From a virus, in IMG/VR virus record IMGVR_UViG_3300032236_001391, positions 3,522-67,521 of that record: 64,000 nucleotides of DNA; one strand, written 5' to 3'. Below, piece by piece: positions 21,555 to 32,459 of this stretch. The notes under the pieces were generated by a model. It saw only the letters and a program-made list of their open reading frames with translations. It did not search any database and was not told the DNA's origin. Within the stretch, counting starts at the first letter, position 1, and each line of letters starts with the position of its first letter. The position numbers were made by a program, and so were the translations under genes.

Positions 21555-23204
21555 ATGATAAAGACAGAATTTGGAACAGAACTAAAGAAAAAAATATTAA
21601 ACGGAATCAATAAAATGAATGATTCTGTGTCCTCGACCTTAGGACCTAGTGGTAGAAATGTAATCATCAGAGAAGAAGATGGTAATATCAAAATCACTAA
21701 AGATGGTGTTACAGTAGCAAAAGCATTTAGTAAATTGGAAGATCCGATAGAAGATATCGGTGCTCAATTGTTAAAAAACGTATCTATCAGATCAGCAGAT
21801 AAAGTAGGAGATGGTACAACCACTTCAACATTACTTGCAACCGTTATGGTAAACGAAGGTATCAAAGCCATAACTCAAGGTTCAAATGCGGTTGAAGTTA
21901 AAAAAGGAATCGATAAAGCAGTTTCAGCAGTAGTCGCTAATTTGAAGACTATCTCAAGAGATATTTCTTCAGAAGAACAAATAACTCAAGTTGCAACAAT
22001 TTCAGCTAACAATGACATTGAGGTTGGAAATCTTATTGCTACAGCTTTAGATAAAGTAGGAAATGACGGTGTCATTGCGATTGAAGAATCGAAAACCGGT
22101 GAGACCGAATTAGAAATAGTTGAAGGTATGATGATTGATAGGGGCTTTAAATCTCCTTATTTCGTGACCAATAATGCAACTATGCAAGCTGTTTTAGATA
22201 AACCTTCTATCTTTTTATTCGATGGTAGAATAAGTACATCTAGCCAGATCTTACCTGTATTACAAGCAGCTGCAGCTGAAGGTAACCCATTGTTGATTAT
22301 TGCCGAAGATGTGGAAAATGAAGCATTAGCTTTATTAGTTGTTAATAAAGTTAATAATACTATTAAAGTTTGTGCAGTTAAAGCTCCTGATTTCGGAGAA
22401 CGTAGAACACACATCTTAGAAGATATCGCGGTTCTTACCGGCGGTACTGTATTTTCTCCAACAAAAGGACATAAAGTCGATAAGATGAGACCGGAAGAAT
22501 TTAAAAATTCTTTAGGTAAGGCCAGAGTAATTAATGTTACTTCAAAAGATACTACAATTATTGATGGTAAAGGAACAGTCGAAGCGATTGAGCAAAGATT
22601 GAATGAGATAAAAAATCAAATTGATATCGCTAAATCTAATTTTGAAGTAGAAAAATTACAAGATCGATTGTCAAAATTAACAGGTGGAGTAGCAATCATC
22701 AATGTAGGTGGTATGAGCGAAGTAGAATTAAAAGAAAAGAAAGATCGCGTTGATGATGCATTGCATGCTACCAAAGCAGCATTAGACCAAGGTATCTTGC
22801 CAGGCGGAGGAATGGCGTTGATTAATTGCTTAGATGCCGTTAAAAACGCAGACTACGATAACAATGATCAAGTACTAGGTTCCAAAATCGTTGAAAAGGC
22901 ACTATACGCTCCATTTAAGACCATATTATCAAATGCTGGTATAGAAGATCATTTCAGTATATTGAGTCGTATAAACTCAAATAAAATCGTTTCTAGTAAC
23001 CCTATATGGGAAGGCTTCAATGTAAAGACTTCTTTATATGTAGATTTGTTAGAAACAGGTGTTTTGGATCCCACCAAGGTAACTAGAACTGCTCTTGAGA
23101 ATGCAGCTAGTGTCGCCGGCACTATCTTAACTACTGATTCAACAGTTTATCACGTAGGTGATATTAAAAAAGATGATATTGATTACAGTCAATTTATGCA
23201 ATAA
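21555..23204 (+). CDS. groEL: Chaperonin GroEL
   Basis: [41 protein letters not shown]. Confidence 0.96.
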   Translation: MIKTEFGTELKKKILNGINKMNDSVSSTLGPSGRNVIIREEDGNIKITKDGVTVAKAFSKLEDPIEDIGAQLLKNVSIRSADKVGDGTTTSTLLATVMVNEGIKAITQGSNAVEVKKGIDKAVSAVVANLKTISRDISSEEQITQVATISANNDIEVGNLIATALDKVGNDGVIAIEESKTGETELEIVEGMMIDRGFKSPYFVTNNATMQAVLDKPSIFLFDGRISTSSQILPVLQAAAAEGNPLLIIAEDVENEALALLVVNKVNNTIKVCAVKAPDFGERRTHILEDIAVLTGGTVFSPTKGHKVDKMRPEEFKNSLGKARVINVTSKDTTIIDGKGTVEAIEQRLNEIKNQIDIAKSNFEVEKLQDRLSKLTGGVAIINVGGMSEVELKEKKDRVDDALHATKAALDQGILPGGGMALINCLDAVKNADYDNNDQVLGSKIVEKALYAPFKTILSNAGIEDHFSILSRINSNKIVSSNPIWEGFNVKTSLYVDLLETGVLDPTKVTRTALENAASVAGTILTTDSTVYHVGDIKKDDIDYSQFMQ

Positions 23205-24121
23205 TGTTTGGAAGAAAAGAACACACACTTTGGACTGAGAAATACCGTCCGATAGACCAAGAAAATTATATTGGGAATTATATATTCAAAGAATCTGTTG
23301 CAAAATATATTCGTAAGAATGATATTCCTAATATAATTCTTCACGGTGTGCCGGGTACAGGTAAAACTACTGCAGCAAAAATGATAGTTCAAAATATCAA
23401 TTGTGATCATCTATACCTGAACGGTTCAGATAATAATGGTATTGATACTGTAAGAACTACAATTAAAGATTTTGCTTCTGCTGCTTCATTTAAGCCATTG
23501 AAAATAGTTATTTTAGATGACTGTGCCACATTGACTGATCAAGCGCAACAGGGTTTATTGAATATAGTAGAAACATTTAGTAAGAGTACTAGATTTATAT
23601 TTACTACTAATCATTTGGATAAACTTATTGACGCTTTAAAATCTAGATGTTTATCATTTAAAATAGATCCTCCTTCTAAAAAAGAAGTTGCTATACATTT
23701 AATGGGTATATTAGAAAAGGAGAATGTAGAATCCGAAGCTTCTGATATTGCTAAAATAGTTAAAAGGTATTATCCAGATATTAGAAAATGCGTTAGTATT
23801 ACACAGGAATGCGTTGTTGACAACAAATTAAACATAGAATTTAGTAACTTAGGTAATAAATCTTACTTAAATGATTTATTAGAGCAACTTAAGAAACCAA
23901 ATAAAAATACCTGGAGAGAAATCAGAACTATACTAGCTGATTCTAATGCTACGGATTATACCGAGTTGTTTAGATTTCTATACGATAAAGTAGATGAATA
24001 CGCACCAGACAACTATGAAAATGCTATATTTGCTATATCAGAAGCTCAATACCAGAATTATTTTGTTCCGGATAGAGAAATAAATGTAATGAACATGATT
24101 TTAAAAATTTTAAAAGTATAA
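23204..24121 (+). CDS. Clamp loader AAA+ subunit (RFC/gp44-like)
   Basis: WTEKYRP, GVPGTGKTT, LKSRC. Confidence 0.9.
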   Translation: MFGRKEHTLWTEKYRPIDQENYIGNYIFKESVAKYIRKNDIPNIILHGVPGTGKTTAAKMIVQNINCDHLYLNGSDNNGIDTVRTTIKDFASAASFKPLKIVILDDCATLTDQAQQGLLNIVETFSKSTRFIFTTNHLDKLIDALKSRCLSFKIDPPSKKEVAIHLMGILEKENVESEASDIAKIVKRYYPDIRKCVSITQECVVDNKLNIEFSNLGNKSYLNDLLEQLKKPNKNTWREIRTILADSNATDYTELFRFLYDKVDEYAPDNYENAIFAISEAQYQNYFVPDREINVMNMILKILKV

Positions 24122-24122
24122 C

Positions 24123-24371
24123 ATGAAACTAGTACCAAAAAATGATCCGATACAATTACAATCGCTTCGCCCTGAAATAGAAGCAATGGATTCTTTAGTC
24201 GATTCACTAGCACGGTTCGAACCTATTAAAAATCCAAAGTACGTTGGTGGATACAGAAATACTAAAGATGGTGATATCTATGTGCAATTTCATTTGCAAA
24301 AAAAGCCTAAATGGATTCATAGACAATTTATGAGAATTCTTTTAGGATTTTACTGGGTGGATAATAAGTAA
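24123..24371 (+). CDS. Hypothetical protein
   Basis: 82 aa ORF in operon spacing. Confidence 0.45.
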   Translation: MKLVPKNDPIQLQSLRPEIEAMDSLVDSLARFEPIKNPKYVGGYRNTKDGDIYVQFHLQKKPKWIHRQFMRILLGFYWVDNK

Positions 24372-24416
24372 AATAATAAGTATAAGAATAGTATAATCAA
24401 TTAAAATAAATAAATA

Positions 24417-24680
24417 ATGCAACAAAATCCATTAGCCGGAATACGATTTGATCAAACAACAGGAGTAATCTGTGAAAATTGTAAGAACAATTCATTTCAA
24501 GAAGTCTATTTACTTAGAAAAGTTTCTAAATTCTTAGTAGCAGCAAACACAGATAAAGATCAATTAATACCTATACCTGCATTTAGCTGCAGTAAATGTC
24601 ATCATATTAATAAAGAATTTTTACCCGAAGGAATAAAAAATGAATCTAACTCAGATGCTAGCTCTAGTGACAACGGATAA
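24417..24680 (+). CDS. Small zinc-ribbon protein
   Basis: CENC ... CSKC. Confidence 0.55.
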   Translation: MQQNPLAGIRFDQTTGVICENCKNNSFQEVYLLRKVSKFLVAANTDKDQLIPIPAFSCSKCHHINKEFLPEGIKNESNSDASSSDNG

Positions 24681-25050
24681 AATCCCTTGGAACAATTTAA
24701 CAATAGAGCAACAAAAAGAATACGATGTATTCATAGTTAATAAAATATTATCAGCAGATACAGAATATGTAGAGTTGGTTAATATTATGCAAATGCACTA
24801 TAACATGCCCAAGAAACATTCATATAATGTTTTGCTAAGATTATTACCTAAGAAGAAAGTAAATATAGATTTTATAAAAAGCAGTAAAGAGAAAATAAAT
24901 AAAGATTTACTTCTTATATTATCTAAGCATTACCGGATTTCTATATCAGAGGCAAAATTATATTATAATAAAATGGGTAAAGCTGATATTACAATTTTAT
25001 TAAACGATTTGGGTTACGATAATAAACAAATCAATAAACTTATGAAATAA
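24640..25050 (+). CDS. Clamp loader small subunit (gp62-like)
   Basis: 'Y.vFivNk.LS.d.ey...vN.mq' and 'Y.iS..eA..Y' patterns; synteny. Confidence 0.6.
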   Translation: MNLTQMLALVTTDKIPWNNLTIEQQKEYDVFIVNKILSADTEYVELVNIMQMHYNMPKKHSYNVLLRLLPKKKVNIDFIKSSKEKINKDLLLILSKHYRISISEAKLYYNKMGKADITILLNDLGYDNKQINKLMK

Positions 25051-25052
25051 GT

Positions 25053-25244
25053 ATGACACAAGAAGAAATAAATAGTAAAATTGAAAATTATCAAATACGA
25101 CTCGAGGATTATCGATCTCAATTAGAATTGTTATCTAAAAGCGATGATATAATAAATGATTCGATACAAAATAAATTCGATCTTATTATGAAAGAAATAG
25201 AATTAATAACAAGTGAATTAGAATCTTTAATAGAGTTAATATAA
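25053..25244 (+). CDS. Small coiled-coil hypothetical protein
   Basis: 63 aa, tightly packed between neighbours. Confidence 0.45.
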   Translation: MTQEEINSKIENYQIRLEDYRSQLELLSKSDDIINDSIQNKFDLIMKEIELITSELESLIELI

Positions 25245-26182
25245 TGAAAACAGCAATATCTATATCTGAAAAACTGTTAAATAAAATAAAAACTGAGAAA
25301 AGGGCAGATCAAAGAAACATATCCTTTTCTCAGTTTTCTGTTTATGAATCATGCCCGTATAGATGGTACCTCACATATGCTAAAGGTAATTATTTATTTT
25401 CCGGTAGTATTCATACTGTATTTGGTACCGCCATACACGAAGCTGTTCAACAATATCTAACTTTATTATTCAATGATTCTGTAAAAGCTTCGGAAGAATT
25501 TGATATGATTGAATTATTTGAGAGAAGATTCAAAGAAGAATACATAAAAGAACTCGAAAGTAACAACGGAGTTCATTTCTCTAGTAAACAAGAGATGCAA
25601 GAATTCTATGAAGATGGTATAGAGATATTGAAATATATAAAGAAGAAAAGAAAAATTCTGTTTGATCATAATGATTATGAGTTGCTAGGTATGGAAATAC
25701 CTATTAACACTGAAATAAAAGACGGTACAGACACTTTTATATTCAATGGATATATAGACATGGTTTATAGAGATAAACGCGAAGGAACGGTCTATATTGA
25801 AGATTTTAAGACATCAACTAAAGGATGGTCTAAATATGAGAAATCAGATGATACAAAACAATCTCAGATACTTTTATACAAGAATTATTTTGCCAAACAA
25901 TTTGGCGTTGATCCAGAAAAAATTATTCCTAAATTTAGAATACTAAAGAGAAAATTATGGGAAGATTCCGCTTTCCCGCAATCTAGAGTACAAATCCATG
26001 AGCCAGCCAATGGTAAAGCTAAAGTACATCAAGCTGTTCAAAGATTAGTTAATTTTATAGATGAATGCTATAGTTCAGATGGTAGTCCTAAAGATAAACC
26101 TTATTTGAAGAAAGCTTCTGTTAATAATTGTAGATTTTGCCCATTTAGTGATAAACCGGAGTTGTGTAATAAAAAAGTTTAA
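25244..26182 (+). CDS. PD-(D/E)XK Cas4/AddB-like nuclease
   Basis: SFSQ...CP, GTAIHE, GYID, EDFKTS, Q..LY, C-terminal CRFC..C (Fe-S type). Confidence 0.85.
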   Translation: MKTAISISEKLLNKIKTEKRADQRNISFSQFSVYESCPYRWYLTYAKGNYLFSGSIHTVFGTAIHEAVQQYLTLLFNDSVKASEEFDMIELFERRFKEEYIKELESNNGVHFSSKQEMQEFYEDGIEILKYIKKKRKILFDHNDYELLGMEIPINTEIKDGTDTFIFNGYIDMVYRDKREGTVYIEDFKTSTKGWSKYEKSDDTKQSQILLYKNYFAKQFGVDPEKIIPKFRILKRKLWEDSAFPQSRVQIHEPANGKAKVHQAVQRLVNFIDECYSSDGSPKDKPYLKKASVNNCRFCPFSDKPELCNKKV

Positions 26183-26256
26183 AAAATTATATATACTTAT
26201 ATATTTTTTATCCGATTCGTATATATTTATATATACATTTTATAAAACAATAAATT

Positions 26257-26454
26257 ATGAAAAATGATAATTTAAAACTAACCTCGGTAAAAGTCCACGA
26301 AGATTTGGCTGAAAATTTTAAAATAGAGTCAGTCAGAACCGGTATTACTTTACAAAAACTTGTTAATAGAACTATACATATGTTCTTAACTAATAGCGAG
26401 TTTAAATATAAAGTATTGACTTACAACAATTTAGCTACTAGCGGTAGTATTTAA
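26257..26454 (+). CDS. Small DNA-binding protein (ribbon-helix-helix-like)
   Basis: LTSVKV...F.......TLQKLVNR strand-helix-helix pattern. Confidence 0.5.
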   Translation: MKNDNLKLTSVKVHEDLAENFKIESVRTGITLQKLVNRTIHMFLTNSEFKYKVLTYNNLATSGSI

Positions 26455-26465
26455 AAAAATTAATT

Positions 26466-26789
26466 ATGAAAAAAATATTGCAAAAAATTGCATTATTCAT
26501 ATTGGGTATGAAGCATGCATATACAAGCACAACAAACGAAGGGGATGTTATAATAATGACAACATATTCTTTATCTATATTCACCCAATCCGTAATTAGC
26601 AATGGATTAAAAAATGAAAATTTTGAATTTAAAATAAATGAAGTGTTTTTAAAAACATTAAATGAACATAAAGGTACTGTAGAAGACGGAAAATGTTTTC
26701 TAGCAGCTGATCAATTTGTATTAGGAATTAATAAAGACGGAAAAATAAAACCTATTATAGATTGTAAAACCGAAAAACAAAGTACATAG
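26466..26789 (+). CDS. Hypothetical protein
   Basis: 107 aa ORF. Confidence 0.4.
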   Translation: MKKILQKIALFILGMKHAYTSTTNEGDVIIMTTYSLSIFTQSVISNGLKNENFEFKINEVFLKTLNEHKGTVEDGKCFLAADQFVLGINKDGKIKPIIDCKTEKQST

Positions 26790-26814
26790 GATTAAATAAA
26801 AACAAAACAACGTT

Positions 26815-28263
26815 ATGAATCAAAAGGAAGGTTACATTGAGCGCAGCCAGCGCAAGAAAATTTTATTGCTCGGAGATGATATTAGATTCTTTTCAGGTAT
26901 TGCGACAATCGCAAGAGAGATAGTTGTAGGTACTGCACATAGATACAATTATGCCGTGATCGGCGGGGCGATAAATCATCCAGATAAAGGAAAAAGATTA
27001 GATTTATGTGAATCCACAAATCAAGTAGCTAAGATAAAAGATGCAGAAGTTTATTTATATCCTACTGACGGATACGGAAATCCGGATATGATAAGGAATA
27101 TGATAAAATATGAAAAACCAGATGCTATATTTTTCATTACTGACCCTAGATATTATACGTGGTTATTTGAAATTGAGCACGAAATAAGAAGTAAAATCCC
27201 AATGATCTATCTACAGATATGGGATTGTGAGCCGGCTCCATTGTATAATATTAATTATTACAGAAGTTGTGATGCATTGTTAGCTATTTCCAAACAAACA
27301 AAAATCTTAAATGAAGTAATACTAGGAGAAGAAGCTAAATCTAAGATTATAAAATATGTACCTCACGGTATCAATCAGGAATATTTCTATCCTATAGAAA
27401 AAGATAGCGTTGAATATGATTCAGTAAAACAAGTTAAGACTGCTTTATTCGGTAATAAGGAATACGATTTTGTCATTTTATTCAATAGTAGGAATATAAG
27501 AAGGAAATCTATACCTGATACTATTTTATCCTTTAAACATTTTATAGATGGTTTACCTAAAGAGAAAGCCGATAAATGTTGCTTGCTTCTACATACACAA
27601 AGATTAGATGAAAATGGAACCGATTTACCTGCAGTTATAGAACTTTTATTAGGGGAAAGGAAAGATCAAGTTGTTTTTTCTAATCCGGGTAGTGTTACCA
27701 ACTACATGAATGTCTTATATAATATTTCAGATGCGACTATATTACTAAGTAGCAATGAAGGTTGGGGATTATCTATAACTGAAGCTATGATGGCCGGAAA
27801 GATGATTATAGCTAATGTAACTGGGGGTATGCAGGATCAAATGAGATTTGTGGACGAAAATGGAAAATGGATTGAATTTGACGAATCTTTTTGCACCAAT
27901 CATTTAGCTAAATACAAAGAATGCGGTGAATGGGCAATACCGGTATTCCCTTCTAATATTAGTATACAAGGAAGTATTCCTACTCCATATATTTTCGATG
28001 ATAGAGTCGATTTCAGAGATGCGGCTAAAGCATTAAGAGAATTACATGATATGCCTGAAGAAGAAAGAGAAAGGAGAGGTAAATTGGCTAGGGAATGGGT
28101 ATTATCAGAAGAATCTGGTATGAGCGCAATTAAAATGTGTGATAATGTTATTCAAGCAGTTGATGAAACAATAGATACCTTTAAGCCAAGAAAAAGATTT
28201 GAAATATATAAAATAGAGGAAAGACCTTTAAAAACATTAAAATTTCCTGTATCTTTGCCTTAA
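26815..28263 (+). CDS. GT-B (GT4-like) glycosyltransferase
   Basis: PHGI, RN.RRK, S.NEGWGLSITEAMMAG. Confidence 0.85.
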   Translation: MNQKEGYIERSQRKKILLLGDDIRFFSGIATIAREIVVGTAHRYNYAVIGGAINHPDKGKRLDLCESTNQVAKIKDAEVYLYPTDGYGNPDMIRNMIKYEKPDAIFFITDPRYYTWLFEIEHEIRSKIPMIYLQIWDCEPAPLYNINYYRSCDALLAISKQTKILNEVILGEEAKSKIIKYVPHGINQEYFYPIEKDSVEYDSVKQVKTALFGNKEYDFVILFNSRNIRRKSIPDTILSFKHFIDGLPKEKADKCCLLLHTQRLDENGTDLPAVIELLLGERKDQVVFSNPGSVTNYMNVLYNISDATILLSSNEGWGLSITEAMMAGKMIIANVTGGMQDQMRFVDENGKWIEFDESFCTNHLAKYKECGEWAIPVFPSNISIQGSIPTPYIFDDRVDFRDAAKALRELHDMPEEERERRGKLAREWVLSEESGMSAIKMCDNVIQAVDETIDTFKPRKRFEIYKIEERPLKTLKFPVSLP

Positions 28264-28299
28264 TTAATTTTATCTTCTTTAATACAAATAATTTAAAAA

Positions 28300-29616
28300 A
28301 TGAGTAATACAAAATTAAAGTGTATCTTTTCTTGCCCGATAGATACCTTCAGCGGTTATGGTAGCAGGGCTAGAGACTTTGCTAAATCATTGATAAAAGT
28401 GAAAGGTGATGAGTGGGACATTAAGTTTATGTCCCAAAGATGGGGTAACTGTCCATTTGGAGCATTGGATGAGAATGATCCAGAAGAGAAAGATATATTG
28501 GATAGAATATTACCTCCGGGTAATATACCATATCAACCAGATATATGGTTACAACATTCAGTATCTAATGAATTTTATCCAATAGGTAAAGTAAATATAG
28601 GTATATCAGCTCTTACAGAATCAACTATTCTTCCTGGAGAAATGTTGGAAGGATTAAATAGAATGCATTTTAATATTGTTTCTTCTGAATACGTAAAAGC
28701 AACTGCTGCTAATACCGGTTATCAAAAAGAAGAAAATGGTAAAACAGTAAAAGTTAGTTTGAATAGACCGGTAGAAGTATTGTTTGAAGGTGTTAATACT
28801 AATATTTTCAAGAGATTAAAAGAATCAACATTTGATTTATCAATGGTAAAAGAAGAATTCTGTTTCTTAACGGTTGCTCACTGGTTACAGGGGGATCAAG
28901 GAGAAGATAGAAAACAACTTACAACTCTTATTAAATCTTTCTTAGAAGCTTTTAAAGGAAAGAAATCTAAACCTGCTTTGATATTAAAAACTAGTTTAGC
29001 TGGATTTAGTATCATCGAAAGAGAAATGATTTTGGATAGAATCGATGCCATAAGAAAATCAGTCGATGGTGATTTACCTAACATCTATTTTTTATACGGT
29101 GAATTGACAAATGAAGAGATGAATGAATTGTACAATCATCCAAAAATAAAAGCATTTGCTTTAGTGGGTAATGAAGGATTTGGAAGACCGTATTTAGAAT
29201 TTTCAGCAGCTACAAGCAAACCAATAATCTCTTCTCCCTTCAGCGGACACATGGATTTCTTACACGGTGATTTTAACGTATTTGTTTCAGGTAAAATAGA
29301 TCAAGTACACCCTTCTGCTGTTAATAATTTTATAATTAAAGAATCTTCTTGGTTTAAGGCTGATCCATTATCTGTTTCTAAAACATTAGAAGAAGTACAT
29401 AAAAATTATAATAAGTATGTAGAGATGGGTAAAAGACAAGGTCATATATCTAGAACTGATTTTAGCTTAGATAAAATGACTGAGAAGCTAGCGATTATCT
29501 TAGAAAAAAATATGCCTAAAATGAGTAGACCAGTCGCTATTTCATTACCTAAATTGAAAACTTTCACACCAGATAAATCTATAGACGAAATAGAATATTT
29601 GGAAGAAATAAAATAA
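28300..29616 (+). CDS. GT-B glycosyltransferase
   Basis: SGYG, DRK, EGFGRPYLEF, SGHMDF. Confidence 0.8.
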   Translation: MSNTKLKCIFSCPIDTFSGYGSRARDFAKSLIKVKGDEWDIKFMSQRWGNCPFGALDENDPEEKDILDRILPPGNIPYQPDIWLQHSVSNEFYPIGKVNIGISALTESTILPGEMLEGLNRMHFNIVSSEYVKATAANTGYQKEENGKTVKVSLNRPVEVLFEGVNTNIFKRLKESTFDLSMVKEEFCFLTVAHWLQGDQGEDRKQLTTLIKSFLEAFKGKKSKPALILKTSLAGFSIIEREMILDRIDAIRKSVDGDLPNIYFLYGELTNEEMNELYNHPKIKAFALVGNEGFGRPYLEFSAATSKPIISSPFSGHMDFLHGDFNVFVSGKIDQVHPSAVNNFIIKESSWFKADPLSVSKTLEEVHKNYNKYVEMGKRQGHISRTDFSLDKMTEKLAIILEKNMPKMSRPVAISLPKLKTFTPDKSIDEIEYLEEIK

Positions 29617-29629
29617 TTTATTAAATTTG
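29598..29629 (+). promoter_or_regulatory. Bacteroidota-type promoter
   Basis: TTTG, 20-nt spacer, TAAATTTG. Confidence 0.5.
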
Positions 29630-29633
29630 CATT

Positions 29634-29819
29634 ATGACAGACAGAGAACTTATAATTTGGATAAAAGGGTTGGTAGACGGTATACAGGATGAACAAGTAC
29701 CCGATAAAAATCAATGGGATATTTTAAAAAAAACTGTTAAAGATCACGTTTCTAAATCAAAAGATTTAAATAGTTGGTATTCAAATAATACTTCAGGTAA
29801 ACATATAATAATAGATTAA
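29634..29819 (+). CDS. Small hypothetical phage protein
   Basis: W..G.......P...QW..LK pattern, 61 aa. Confidence 0.5.
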   Translation: MTDRELIIWIKGLVDGIQDEQVPDKNQWDILKKTVKDHVSKSKDLNSWYSNNTSGKHIIID

Positions 29820-29820
29820 T

Positions 29821-30264
29821 ATGAAAGATCAATTAACTGCATGTCGTAAATGCGGAAGTCCATTATGTTACGAAAGGCACCTAGATAATATCATTTCATG
29901 GGATTGTCTTCAATGTGGATTTACAACTAACACATTACTTTTAGAAAATACAGAAGCTGTCATTGGTTACGAATCTGTGCTTCCTTCTTTATTTAAAGAT
30001 ATTAAATTTATAGATAACGAAGGCTTTGTTTGGTATCCTACAACTGTTACAAAAGAAGGTGTAGGTATTGTATTTCCTGACGGTTCTTCCAAAGAAAATT
30101 GGAAATGGGCCTTTGCTCCTCATGTACCGGTATCAGAACAAGAGAAAGAAAAGTTTAAAAAGAAAGATGGAACTTATCATAAATTTAAAACTAATATGAA
30201 ACAAGTTTTACATTTCGATCAACAGTATTTTTCACAAGCTTTAGAAGCTGCTGGATTAATTTAA
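29821..30264 (+). CDS. Zinc-ribbon hypothetical protein
   Basis: CRKCG ... CLQCG. Confidence 0.55.
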   Translation: MKDQLTACRKCGSPLCYERHLDNIISWDCLQCGFTTNTLLLENTEAVIGYESVLPSLFKDIKFIDNEGFVWYPTTVTKEGVGIVFPDGSSKENWKWAFAPHVPVSEQEKEKFKKKDGTYHKFKTNMKQVLHFDQQYFSQALEAAGLI

Positions 30265-30274
30265 AAAATATAAT

Positions 30275-30901
30275 ATGGTTAGTGTATCTTATTGTATAAC
30301 TACTCACAATGAAGGTTCTGTTTATCTAGAACCTTTATTATTCAAATTAACAAAGAATCTTTCAGACGAAGATGAAATCATTGTTGTAGACGATTTTTCA
30401 GATGAATCTACCACATTATCTGTTTTGGATAAGTATAAAGATAAAATAAAACTATTCAAGCATAAACTAGATGGTGATTTTGCTGCGCATAAAAATTTTG
30501 CTAAAAACCAATGTACTAAGCAATATATATTTTTTATAGACGGTGATGAAAATTTTCATGATAATTTACTTGGAACTCTAAAAGAGATATTGATTAATAA
30601 TCAAACGATAGATTTATTTCTTGTTCCTAGAGTTAATGTGGTTCCCGGTTTAACTAAAGAACATATTGATAAATGGGGATGGAGAGTCGATTCTAGGAAC
30701 TATATTAATTATCCTGATTATCAAACTAGAATAGTAATAAATAGCCCTAATATAAGATGGGAGGGTAAAGTTCACGAAAGACTAGTAGGCCACGAAACAC
30801 ACGCCTCCTTGCCGGATGAAACGCAGGATTACTGTCTTTTACATGTAAAGGCATTAAAACGACAAGAAGATCAAAATGCATTTTACCAAACTTTACTATA
30901 A
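30275..30901 (+). CDS. GT2 glycosyltransferase
   Basis: ITTHNE, IIVVDDFSDE, FFIDGDE, PDYQ.R, VHE. Confidence 0.85.
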   Translation: MVSVSYCITTHNEGSVYLEPLLFKLTKNLSDEDEIIVVDDFSDESTTLSVLDKYKDKIKLFKHKLDGDFAAHKNFAKNQCTKQYIFFIDGDENFHDNLLGTLKEILINNQTIDLFLVPRVNVVPGLTKEHIDKWGWRVDSRNYINYPDYQTRIVINSPNIRWEGKVHERLVGHETHASLPDETQDYCLLHVKALKRQEDQNAFYQTLL

Positions 30902-31824
30902 TGAATATAATATTTCATAGCAACCAACTCGGGATTCGAGGAACAGAAGTAGCATTATATGATATGGCTCATTACAATGAAACCATACTGGGTAATACTT
31001 CTTATATAACATATCCTGCAAATAGCGATCTAACTTCATTTGATAAATTTAATAATAGATTTAAAGATAGAATGCTTCCATATGAAGATTTTAGTTCTTT
31101 AGAAGAGGTTTGTAATCGATTGGGTATAACTCACTCATATATAATCAAAGCAGGTTATAATGACGGGAAATTAATCTCAGGAGTAAAGAATTTTGTTCAT
31201 GCTGTTTTTGATGGATCACAACCACACGGTGAGTGCTACATGGCCATAAGCGAATGGTTAGGAAAAAGATATAACATAGATTATCTACCACATAATGTAA
31301 GTCTCCCTAATGTAAAAGAGGATTATAGAGAATTTCTAAACATACCAAAAGAAGCGGTTGTTTTTGGCAGATACGGTGGTTATGAACAGTTTGATGTGCC
31401 TTATTTACCGGAAGCCATATTTAATGCAGCACAACAAGGTAAATATTTTCTTTTGATGAATACAAAAGAATTACCATACCCTCATCCTAATATAATTTAT
31501 TTAGAAGGCACCACTGATGTAGATAGCAAAACAGCATTTATAAATACATGCGATGCTATGATTCACGGAAGAACTGATGGGGAAAGTTTTGGGTTAGCTG
31601 TATGTGAATTTTTACATCAGAATAAACCAGTTATAACAAATATAGAATGCAGAGATAGACATCATATTTCTCTTATGAAAGAGAAGGGATTTTATTATAA
31701 TAGCTCTAGTGAGCTTTATGCTATTTTATTTTCATTTGAAAAGAAAAATTATGATGTTAAACAATTGGTAAATCAATTTTCACCAGAGATAGTTATGAAA
31801 AAATTTAAAAATATATTTTTATGA
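30901..31824 (+). CDS. GT-B glycosyltransferase
   Basis: RGTEVA, CDAMIHGR..GESFGLAVCEF. Confidence 0.8.
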   Translation: MNIIFHSNQLGIRGTEVALYDMAHYNETILGNTSYITYPANSDLTSFDKFNNRFKDRMLPYEDFSSLEEVCNRLGITHSYIIKAGYNDGKLISGVKNFVHAVFDGSQPHGECYMAISEWLGKRYNIDYLPHNVSLPNVKEDYREFLNIPKEAVVFGRYGGYEQFDVPYLPEAIFNAAQQGKYFLLMNTKELPYPHPNIIYLEGTTDVDSKTAFINTCDAMIHGRTDGESFGLAVCEFLHQNKPVITNIECRDRHHISLMKEKGFYYNSSSELYAILFSFEKKNYDVKQLVNQFSPEIVMKKFKNIFL

Positions 31825-32459
31825 GCGATAAAATAAAAAATTGGGAATATTCTTTATTACCCTCGCTTATAAATAATATCAATTATATAGTTGATAATAT
31901 TCCCGAAAATGGTGTTTTCTATGATGTTGGGGCAAATACTGGATTATTATCTCAAATGGTTTTAAATAAAAGACCAGATGTTAAATTTTATTTATTTGAA
32001 CCAATTATGGAATTTTGTCAGTACATGTATGATAAATTTTCTAATAACTCTAATGTAGCGATTATAAACACAGCCTTAATGCATGAAAGAGGGGTATTTA
32101 AAATATCTAAAGATCATAATAATTTAGGTTACAATACAATTAATTTCATAGAAAATTATGGGATAATAGAAGAAGTTCCAGTTATGACATTATCCGAAGC
32201 GTATAAAGAATTTAATTTACCTGAACCCGATTTTATAAAAGCTGATATAGAACAATCAGAATGTTATTTTATAGATGGGTGTAAAGAACTTTTTAATAAT
32301 GGAATACAACCTAGTAAAATATTAATGGAGATTGGAATACCAAATAATCATCATCTTTTTACTAAAGAAAAAGAAATGATAGAATATTTGTTTAGCCTGG
32401 GATATAAAAGATTTGATTACGATAAATCTCATACATACGATGCAATCTTCGAAAAATAA
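31821..32459 (+). CDS. FkbM-family methyltransferase
   Basis: YDVGANTG, FEP, FIKADIE. Confidence 0.85.
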   Translation: MSDKIKNWEYSLLPSLINNINYIVDNIPENGVFYDVGANTGLLSQMVLNKRPDVKFYLFEPIMEFCQYMYDKFSNNSNVAIINTALMHERGVFKISKDHNNLGYNTINFIENYGIIEEVPVMTLSEAYKEFNLPEPDFIKADIEQSECYFIDGCKELFNNGIQPSKILMEIGIPNNHHLFTKEKEMIEYLFSLGYKRFDYDKSHTYDAIFEK

